A model generated the notes under the pieces. That model did not search any database and was not told the DNA's origin. It saw only the letters and a list, made by a program, of their open reading frames with translations. From contig JBCCQY010000028.1 of assembly GCA_039208735.1 (NCBI GenBank), forward strand, positions 1-64,000: a stretch of DNA of 64,000 bases, in the 5' to 3' direction. Made by a program: the position numbers and the translations under genes. The stretch is from Myxococcota bacterium. GTDB taxonomy: Bacteria > Myxococcota_A > UBA796 > GCA-2862545. Of the stretch, positions 57,162 to 64,000 are shown piece after piece (the first letter of the stretch is position 1; the number at the start of each line of letters is the position of its first letter).

Positions 57162-57794
57162 TCAGGCCTTGGATGCGGGAATCGTTCGCAGGTAAGGCTT
57201 GATGGCCTTGAACTCTCCAAACCGGCGCGTGGCCTCTTCGTTCGACACGCTCGGCGCGATGATCACGTCGTCCCCTTCCTTCCAGGCGGCCGGGGTTGCG
57301 AGCTGCTTTTCGGCGGTCAGCTGCAACGAGTCAATCACGCGCAGCAGCTCATCGAAATTGCGTCCGGTGCTCGCCGGGTACGTCAGGGTGAGCTTGACCT
57401 TCTTGTCAGGGCCCACCACGAAGACCGACCGCACGGTCAGCGTGTTGTCGGCGTTCGGATGGATCATGTCGTACAGGTCCGCGACCTTGCGGTCCGGGTC
57501 CCCAATCAAGGGGAAGTTCAAGGCGGTGCCTTGGGTCTCTTCGATGTCCTTGGCCCACGCTTGGTGGTCACTCACCCCGTCCACGGACAGGCCAATGACC
57601 TTGACGTGGCGCTTGTCCCACTCGGGCTTGAGGGCGGCCGCCCGGCCAAGCTCGGTGGTGCACACGGGCGTAAAGTCCTTGGGATGGCTGAACAGCACGC
57701 CCCAAGAATCCCCGAGCCATTCGTGGAACGACACGGTGCCTTCGGTGGTCTCGACGGTAAAGTCAGGGGCGGTATCGCCCAGTCGAATTGCCAT
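57162..57794 (-). CDS. 1-Cys peroxiredoxin (Prx6 type)
   Basis: LFSHPKDFTPVCTTELG; YPASTGRNFDE. Confidence 0.95.
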   Translation of the reverse strand: MAIRLGDTAPDFTVETTEGTVSFHEWLGDSWGVLFSHPKDFTPVCTTELGRAAALKPEWDKRHVKVIGLSVDGVSDHQAWAKDIEETQGTALNFPLIGDPDRKVADLYDMIHPNADNTLTVRSVFVVGPDKKVKLTLTYPASTGRNFDELLRVIDSLQLTAEKQLATPAAWKEGDDVIIAPSVSNEEATRRFGEFKAIKPYLRTIPASKA

Positions 57795-57868
57795 TGGTGT
57801 TCTGCTCCTCGCAATGAGAGGTGTTGGATACGTACCGAGGGCGTCGCCAGATTGGCGGAAGGAGTGTC

Positions 57869-58912
57869 GTGACACGTCAGGGAGTGATTGTGCTCGGAGC
57901 GACCGGGATGGTCGGCCAGCGCCTCGTCAGCTTGCTCCACAGCCACCCCTGGTTCGAGGTGGCCGCGTTGACTGCCTCGGAGCGGTCGGCGGGCAAAACC
58001 TACGCGGAAGCCTGTGCCTGGCGCCTTCCCGGCGAACCCTGGGCGGGCCTCGGAGATCGCAAGATTCTACCGACGGACCCGGCACTTGTGGCTCAGGCTG
58101 CGGCCGGGCCCACCATCGCGTTGTCCGCGCTCGACACCGCACCCGCTCGGGAACTGGAAGTCGCGTTCGCCGAGGCGGGATTTCACGTGGTGAGCAACGC
58201 CAGCGCCTACCGCATGGATGCGCGGGTCCCGCTCGTCATTCCCGAGATCAACGCGGACCACCTGGCCCTGCTCGAACACCAACCGTGGGCGGGCTCCCTC
58301 GTCACGAACCCCAACTGCACTGCCATGCCGGTCGCGATGACCTTGGCTCCGCTGCACCGCTCGTTTGGCATCGAGGCCGTGACCGTAGCCAGCTACCAGG
58401 CGGTTTCCGGCGCGGGCTACCCGGGCGAATCTGCGTTCGACATGGCCGACAACGTCCACCCCCATCCGGGCAACGAAGAGGACAAGCTCACCCAAGAGCC
58501 CCAGCGCATCCTCGGTGCCTATGCCAACCCTGAAGTAACGCCCGCCGATTTTGTCGTGTCGGCGCGGTGCGTCCGGGTTCCCACGTCGGACGGCCACCTC
58601 GTGGCCATGCACGTCCGCACCAAGACCGCCTGCTCCCCCGAGCAAGCCATCGAGACGCTCGAAGCCTTCGACCCCGGGCTCGAGTTGCCCAGCGCCCCGC
58701 ATCCCGTGCTTGTCCATCGCCCCTTTCGCGATCGCCCACAGCCGCGGCTCGACCGTGACAACGGCGGGGGTATGGCTGCGACGTTTGGCCGGGTGGAAGC
58801 TTGCCCGGTGATGGGCCTAAAGCTCTACGCCCTGGCCCACAACACGCTTCGAGGTGCCGCCGGGGCGGCCCTGCTCAACGCCGAGCTGTTGAAGGCGACG
58901 GGGCGGGCGTAA
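57869..58912 (+). CDS. asd: Aspartate-semialdehyde dehydrogenase (archaeal/fungal-like subtype)
   Basis: [40 protein letters not shown]. Confidence 0.92.
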   Translation: MTRQGVIVLGATGMVGQRLVSLLHSHPWFEVAALTASERSAGKTYAEACAWRLPGEPWAGLGDRKILPTDPALVAQAAAGPTIALSALDTAPARELEVAFAEAGFHVVSNASAYRMDARVPLVIPEINADHLALLEHQPWAGSLVTNPNCTAMPVAMTLAPLHRSFGIEAVTVASYQAVSGAGYPGESAFDMADNVHPHPGNEEDKLTQEPQRILGAYANPEVTPADFVVSARCVRVPTSDGHLVAMHVRTKTACSPEQAIETLEAFDPGLELPSAPHPVLVHRPFRDRPQPRLDRDNGGGMAATFGRVEACPVMGLKLYALAHNTLRGAAGAALLNAELLKATGRA

Positions 58913-58946
58913 ACAGATACCCTTCGGGGCAAACTCGGAGGGCTTG

Positions 58947-59990
58947 ATGTGGATGTGGTGGCTTGTGGCCTGTGTTTCGCTGCCCGAACAGCAGGCGGAA
59001 TACCTGCGTGGCGCCTATTTCAACTGGAATGGCTTCAACCACCGCGTATCTGCCGTGCAATTCGCGGCCAATGAAGGGCAAGCCGAAATGGTGGTCATCG
59101 GCGGCACGTCCACCACCCTGACTCCGGCCGACCTCGATGATGGCTGCGACCCCGGCATCTGCCTCGAGTTTCCGTTTATCGACAACTCGGTGGCCCGCTT
59201 GGGCTGGGGCCGCCTGACCTCTGACACCGTCGCGCTTGGCACAGGGTCGGTCGAGTTTGACGTCCCCCGAGCGGGCGCGTCCAGCACCCTCGACATTGAA
59301 CTCGACGGGGTTCCGGGTGGCGAAGTGACGGCCATTCTGACGGGGTTCGGGCTCAACACCGACCGTCCGTTGGCGGGCGAGGCGGCCTGCTACCGCCCCG
59401 AGTACGGCTGGCACCCTCGGCGCATCGCGCTTAGCATCGACGACGTCACGGTCAGCGGCAAAACGGCCACGGTGGCCGTGAGGGCTGCGTTCGAGGCCGG
59501 CGCCACCTTCGAGGCCGAACGCGTCTGCATCGATGAGGTGTTTGAGCGCGCGGTGGCCGCCATGCGTCTGGACGTGCTGGTCTTGGCCGGAGTGGACGTG
59601 GTCACCGCCCAGACCATCACTGCGGCCGCCGACTATCCCTTCGGCGACCAGGTGAATCCCAAGCCCCAAGAAGAAGCCGAACCCACGCCCCTCAGCAACG
59701 TCGCGCCGGTGAATGGGTGGCAATCGGTCGACTTCGCATTCGATGCCGGCGACGGCCGCGGCGCCTACCTCCGAAGTTTCGGCTTCGAGATTACCGAGGC
59801 GGGGGCCGCAGGCATCGCGACCAATTTCTCTCCGGGAACCCAGCTTTCTGGCATGTCCTACACCTTCGAAGGGACCGTCCTCGCCATCGAGGCGGACGGT
59901 GCGGTGCAGACCGGAACGGTAGCCGTTGAGGAACTCCCTGCCGAACTCGATGGCGACGACAACCCAGAGGTCCAGACCTTCCCACTTTGA
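58947..59990 (+). CDS. Hypothetical lipoprotein
   Basis: GGAGG RBS; MWMWWLVAC; beta-rich acidic body. Confidence 0.65.
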   Translation: MWMWWLVACVSLPEQQAEYLRGAYFNWNGFNHRVSAVQFAANEGQAEMVVIGGTSTTLTPADLDDGCDPGICLEFPFIDNSVARLGWGRLTSDTVALGTGSVEFDVPRAGASSTLDIELDGVPGGEVTAILTGFGLNTDRPLAGEAACYRPEYGWHPRRIALSIDDVTVSGKTATVAVRAAFEAGATFEAERVCIDEVFERAVAAMRLDVLVLAGVDVVTAQTITAAADYPFGDQVNPKPQEEAEPTPLSNVAPVNGWQSVDFAFDAGDGRGAYLRSFGFEITEAGAAGIATNFSPGTQLSGMSYTFEGTVLAIEADGAVQTGTVAVEELPAELDGDDNPEVQTFPL

Positions 59991-60056
59991 GCCAGCCGGT
60001 CAACGTCTCCTCGCCTCCCTGGAACGGCTGATGTAAGGGAATGCCACCCCCTGGAA

Positions 60057-61247
60057 ATGGAGCGTGGCATGGCGGGAGATGACGACAAGGGCAGCGGTGG
60101 AAATCCTGGCATGCCTCCCGGGATGCCTCCCATGCCTGGGATGCCCCAGATGCCCGGAATGCCCATGCCCGGAATGCCGCAGATGCCCGGCCAAATGCCT
60201 GGGATGCCCCAGATGCCCGGCCAAATGCCTGGGATGCCCCAGATGGGGATGGGACAAATGGGCGGCGGCAATCCCATGATGCAGATGATGCAGATGATGC
60301 AAATGATGATGGGGGGAGCGGCAGCCCCCATGGTCGACCCCTCGGCAATGCCGTTTGCGATGAGCGCGCCCGTTCCCGACCAGGATCAAGGGCTCGATTC
60401 CGACATCATCCGTCCGGCGACGTTCGATGAATTGGTGCGCGAGCAAGAACCTCTGCCGACGGGATCGATCCTCGATCAACTCTGCCTTTCGGCCGACGGT
60501 GCAACAGCGTTGGGTGGCATTCCCAAGGGATGCACCATGGCGTTTGTGGGTCCTCCCGGCAAGGGCAAGACGCGGACGGCGCTTGCGGCCCTCGCGCGGA
60601 CCGCTCAATCGGGCATGAAGGTCGCGTTCGTCGTCGCCGAAGAAGGCTTCCACACCGAAAGCGGGAGTGGGCGCGACGACCTTTGCTCGCGGCTCACCAA
60701 GATCGGCGGGGCCGTCACGGGACTCGACGAAACGGCATTCCGCGAACAGGTGCTCGACAACCTCTACGTGCTCGAGTCGCAGTACCACAAAGGTCAGACC
60801 TGGGACGACTTCATCGCGCGGTACCGCTACCTCGTCGAGAAGGCGGAAATCGACTTCGTGGTCATCGACTCGCTGAACATGCTCGACCCAACCAAGCACC
60901 GCACGGCCGACAACCTCTCCGCCCTCAAGACCTACAACCACGAAAAGGGTGTGACCTGCCTTTGCATCGGGCAGATCAAGGACACGGGCCTTCCGGTGGG
61001 CGGCGAAGCCCTCATGCACACCGCCGACGCCGTGTTTCTCATCGAACAGCTCTCGCTCGGCAGCAAGGACATGGCCGCCCTGTGGGGAGGAGCCTACCGC
61101 GACAAGATCGATGTCATCCGCGCCGTGAAGTCGGTGACCACGCCCACGTTCCCTCATTTGGCCCGCGTCGAGCAGGCCGCGGACACCGGCGCACTGGTCG
61201 TGCATGAAGCACAGCCGGCCGACTTTGCGCTGCCCGAGCTGCCCTGA
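60057..61247 (+). CDS. KaiC-like/RecA-superfamily ATPase with Met/Pro/Gly/Gln low-complexity N-terminus
   Basis: PTGSILDQL...LGGIPKG, Walker A GPPGKGKT, VAEE, Walker B VVIDSL, MHTADAVF, IRAVKS; alternative start at 60069. Confidence 0.85.
   Translation: MERGMAGDDDKGSGGNPGMPPGMPPMPGMPQMPGMPMPGMPQMPGQMPGMPQMPGQMPGMPQMGMGQMGGGNPMMQMMQMMQMMMGGAAAPMVDPSAMPFAMSAPVPDQDQGLDSDIIRPATFDELVREQEPLPTGSILDQLCLSADGATALGGIPKGCTMAFVGPPGKGKTRTALAALARTAQSGMKVAFVVAEEGFHTESGSGRDDLCSRLTKIGGAVTGLDETAFREQVLDNLYVLESQYHKGQTWDDFIARYRYLVEKAEIDFVVIDSLNMLDPTKHRTADNLSALKTYNHEKGVTCLCIGQIKDTGLPVGGEALMHTADAVFLIEQLSLGSKDMAALWGGAYRDKIDVIRAVKSVTTPTFPHLARVEQAADTGALVVHEAQPADFALPELP
60110..60311 (+). repeat. Coding tandem repeats: MPG/MPQ tripeptides, an exact 2x30 bp unit at 60181-60240 and ATGATGCAG 9-mers
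   Basis: AGATGCCCGGCCAAATGCCTGGGATGCCCC occurs twice in tandem; MMQMMQMMQMMM. Confidence 0.9.
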
Positions 61248-63175
61248 TGCACTTCGTCGACACCGACGACCTCCGCAGCTGGCTCGCCGCGGACGACCAT
61301 CTTCGCGACTACACCACCGGCATCGGGCGCAACGCGTTGTCCGACCGGTTCATGGAGCGCGAGCTGGGGCTGCCCCTCCACCTTGCCTTCGTGATGCGCC
61401 GCCTCGTCGCTGAAGATCCCGCGGCCACCATGGAGCGACTGTCCTCCATCCCGTTTTACAGCCTCTGCAAAGCGTTGTTCCTTCCCTTGTCCGGCATGTC
61501 GCCCGACAAGGCAGGCGCCGTGTTTGGGCTGGCCACTCCCGCCCCGCCTCGGGCGGCAGAACGCGAGGTTCTGCTCGGCGAGTTTCTAAGCAAGGACGTC
61601 GGTCTCGACCTTGTTCAGAAACTGTCGTGCATCTTGGGGGATCCGTTTCGCGGCAAGCCGGCCACCCTCAAGCGCGACTCGCTCATCACGTTGTTGCTGT
61701 CGATGCAGCTCACAACGCGACGTCAGCTCCTGGATCGACTCACCGTCGTCGGCGATGTCGCGGTTCTTTTTGCGGAGTCCCGGTCCGAGCCGGTCGGCAA
61801 CAAGACGTTGACCGCGGCCGAGGTGCTCGAGACCTTGCGCACCCTCGCCCAACCGGGGGTCGGCCGAACGTTGAAGTTCTCGCTGCTTCGATCGGTGGTG
61901 GAGCGATGCAGTAAGCTCGAAGCCTACTTCCTCGCCAAACTGGTGCTCAAGAAAGCGGGGTTTGGCTTCGACTACCAAGGCCCCCTGCTCGCACGCTCCC
62001 TTGCCGAGCACTTCGGCGCCGCGCCCGAAGCCGTCGCCCACGCCATGGCGCTCACCGACGCATTTCAGGTCGTGGACCGGTTGGCGCGGGAAGGTTCTGC
62101 CGGCCTGCAAGCGATTCAACTGCAACCCCTCGTCCCAGTCCGCCCGGCCTTGGCCACCGGATCGAGCGACGCCATCAAGCAGTTTCCCGTCTGGGTGGAG
62201 CGCAAGTACGACGGCATCCGCTTCATGCTCCACAAGTCGACCGACGCACAAGGGGCGGTGCTTTGTGGGGCCTACACAAGAACGCGTCGGGACTGGCTCG
62301 AGTTGGTGCCAGGCCTTGCGGCGAGCATTCGAGCGTTTCCCGCCCGCACCGCGATCGTGGATGGGGAACTGTATGGAGTGGTCGCGGGGAATTACGGAGC
62401 CCGCCCCGCAACCGTTTACGAGCTGTACGCGGTGCTACAGGGCGAAGCCAAGCCCCTGCAGATCAAGTTCGCTGCGTTCGACCTGCTTTACGTCGAGGGG
62501 CGTGACCTCACCGGCATGCCGTGGAACCAACGACGCCAGTTTCTACAGACCCTGCTCGGCCCCATGCAGCACTTCCCGCTGATGGTGCCCATGCAGCTTG
62601 CCGAAGGCCAGTACGCCCAGGGCAAGGACGATGTGAATCGGCTCTACGGCCACTTTCGAAGCCAGGGCTACGAAGGCATCATTGCGAAAGATCCACAAGG
62701 CCCCTACCGACTCGCCCAGCGCGACCCGACCTGGACCAAACGGAAGCCCGCCATCACCCTCGATCTGGTTCTGCTCGCGGCGGTGTTCGCCGTGACCGAG
62801 AAGAAGACGGCGGGGGTGTTTGGGTCGTATGTGATTGGCGCCCGCACGGCCGATGGTGGCTTCGTCGATGTGGGCGACGTCGCGGGGGTCGACGTGCAAC
62901 GCGACCGCCAACTGCAGGCCGAAATCATGCGCGAAGGGTTGATCACGGGCCAGCGCGTTGAGCGCAAGAGCATGTCGGGAGCGCGTCCCGGCATGGAGCT
63001 TAGGCCCCACATCGTCGTCACGGTGCGATTCGAGGGCATCGTCAAGGACTCGACCACCCAAGAACTCAAACTCCGAGATCCGAAGCTCGTCCACATTCGA
63101 AGCGACAAAAGCGCATTCGAAGCCGACTCGGTCAAGACGATCGAGACTCTTTGGATCCGACAGAACATGGGCTGA
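61247..63175 (+). CDS. ATP-dependent DNA ligase with long N-terminal (DNA-binding-like) domain
   Basis: Motifs ERKYDGIR, IVDGELY, FAAFDLLY, YEGIIAKD, WTKRK; OB-fold LDLVLL...LRDPKLVHIRSDK. Confidence 0.92.
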   Translation: MHFVDTDDLRSWLAADDHLRDYTTGIGRNALSDRFMERELGLPLHLAFVMRRLVAEDPAATMERLSSIPFYSLCKALFLPLSGMSPDKAGAVFGLATPAPPRAAEREVLLGEFLSKDVGLDLVQKLSCILGDPFRGKPATLKRDSLITLLLSMQLTTRRQLLDRLTVVGDVAVLFAESRSEPVGNKTLTAAEVLETLRTLAQPGVGRTLKFSLLRSVVERCSKLEAYFLAKLVLKKAGFGFDYQGPLLARSLAEHFGAAPEAVAHAMALTDAFQVVDRLAREGSAGLQAIQLQPLVPVRPALATGSSDAIKQFPVWVERKYDGIRFMLHKSTDAQGAVLCGAYTRTRRDWLELVPGLAASIRAFPARTAIVDGELYGVVAGNYGARPATVYELYAVLQGEAKPLQIKFAAFDLLYVEGRDLTGMPWNQRRQFLQTLLGPMQHFPLMVPMQLAEGQYAQGKDDVNRLYGHFRSQGYEGIIAKDPQGPYRLAQRDPTWTKRKPAITLDLVLLAAVFAVTEKKTAGVFGSYVIGARTADGGFVDVGDVAGVDVQRDRQLQAEIMREGLITGQRVERKSMSGARPGMELRPHIVVTVRFEGIVKDSTTQELKLRDPKLVHIRSDKSAFEADSVKTIETLWIRQNMG

Positions 63176-63786
63176 TGATGTTGTTGGAAGGTGACTTTGA
63201 GGATGAGACCTTCGAAGATTTGGAAGCGTCCGGCGTCACCATCGAACGGGCCATCTACGAGCGTTGTCGGTTCGTGGGCTGCGCCTTCGAGGAGCTGGCG
63301 TTCTCGGATTCTCGTTTTGTAGACTGCAGTTTCGAGCGGTGCAACCTGGTTGGGGTTCGCTTTGTCGACACCCTCTTGCAAGGCGTCGCCTTCGAAGGCG
63401 GGCGCGCCATGGGCCTCGACTTCACCCAGACGCGCAAGCTGTCCTTGTCGCTGCGGTTTACCGACGCCAAGGTCGATCTGTCGAATTTCGCAGGGTTGCC
63501 GTTGCGCGGAACGCGTTTTGAGGACTGTAGCCTTCGCGACGTCATCTTCGACGACTGCGATCTCCGTGAGTCGGTGTTTAAGGGCTCGGACCTTGCCGGA
63601 GCGGTGTTCCGGCATGTCAAACTCGCGCGGGCGGACCTTCGCAAGACCCGCAGCGCGCTCATCGACGTGGCCACGTGTTCGTTAGGGGAAACCCAGATCG
63701 ACGTGGACACTGCGTTGGCGGCGCTTCGCGACGTAGGGCTGCACTGTGCCTCCCTCGAAGAGATGTTTGGCCAACGAGACGCGTAA
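63175..63786 (+). CDS. Pentapeptide repeat protein (Qnr/MfpA-like)
   Basis: Repeated CRFVG/CAFEE/SRFVD/CSFER/CDLRE/ADLRK units; TGATG overlap with the ligase. Confidence 0.9.
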   Translation: MMLLEGDFEDETFEDLEASGVTIERAIYERCRFVGCAFEELAFSDSRFVDCSFERCNLVGVRFVDTLLQGVAFEGGRAMGLDFTQTRKLSLSLRFTDAKVDLSNFAGLPLRGTRFEDCSLRDVIFDDCDLRESVFKGSDLAGAVFRHVKLARADLRKTRSALIDVATCSLGETQIDVDTALAALRDVGLHCASLEEMFGQRDA

Positions 63787-63847
63787 ACACAGCGGATGAC
63801 CAACGTAGCCGGGTAGGCTAAATCGCTCGATGAGCGTGGGAGCAGGC

Positions 63848-64000
63848 ATGCAAAGGCATTGGCTCGGGATGATGGGATTGGCGGTCATGGGATGCGGCGA
63901 CCCGTTTCCTCCCATCGACAACACGATCACCCTCGACGACACGAGCCCCGACGAGACGGGCACCACCATACCCATCGACACGACGCCTACCGCCGAGACC
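63848..64000 (+). CDS. Lipoprotein (partial, runs off window end)
   Basis: MQRHWLGMMGLAVMGC followed by a D/T/P-rich linker. Confidence 0.6.
   Translation, partial: MQRHWLGMMGLAVMGCGDPFPPIDNTITLDDTSPDETGTTIPIDTTPTAET

Noticed and set aside
60181..60245. 30-bp direct repeat as a possible CRISPR array
   Set aside because: No spacers, in-frame coding repeat, and no cas genes.
60057..61247. Circadian clock KaiC
   Set aside because: Single ATPase domain and no kaiA/kaiB nearby.

Overview
High-GC, gene-dense bacterial chromosome segment with about 58 CDS. I saw no rRNA, tRNA, CRISPR array, transposase or integrase. The gene content points to a Myxococcota/deltaproteobacterial-type organism (inference): MYXO-CTERM-like tails, Cys/Asp-rich MopE-related repeats, Ser/Thr kinase + PEGA-like modules and a WGR-TIGR02996 protein. 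It is probably marine, given a PomAB-like stator and a GH81 beta-1,3-glucanase. Housekeeping genes include leuS, argS, def, asd, a large NAD-glutamate dehydrogenase and a 1-Cys peroxiredoxin. Flagellar genes occur in two oppositely oriented blocks (fliP-fliQ-fliR-flhB at 23.7-26.6 kb and motAB-fliL-fliM-fliN-fliO at 51.0-54.8 kb). The second block is followed by two small Flp pilin genes that the ORF track missed. Best candidates for undescribed biology: (1) a translationally coupled operon of a KaiC/RecA-fold ATPase with an M/P/G/Q low-complexity N-terminus, an ATP-dependent DNA ligase and a pentapeptide-repeat protein; (2) a radical SAM/SPASM enzyme overlapping a lipoprotein that has a CxxC...CPFC leader and a lipobox-Cys-Tyr-Gly motif (possible splicease-modified lipoprotein); (3) a WGR-TIGR02996 protein next to a possible macrodomain/PARG-like protein; (4) a flagellar operon apparently split by one ~28 kb inversion; (5) recurrent ultra-short, uncharged signal peptides. 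All calls come from motif recognition by eye; no database searches were run.
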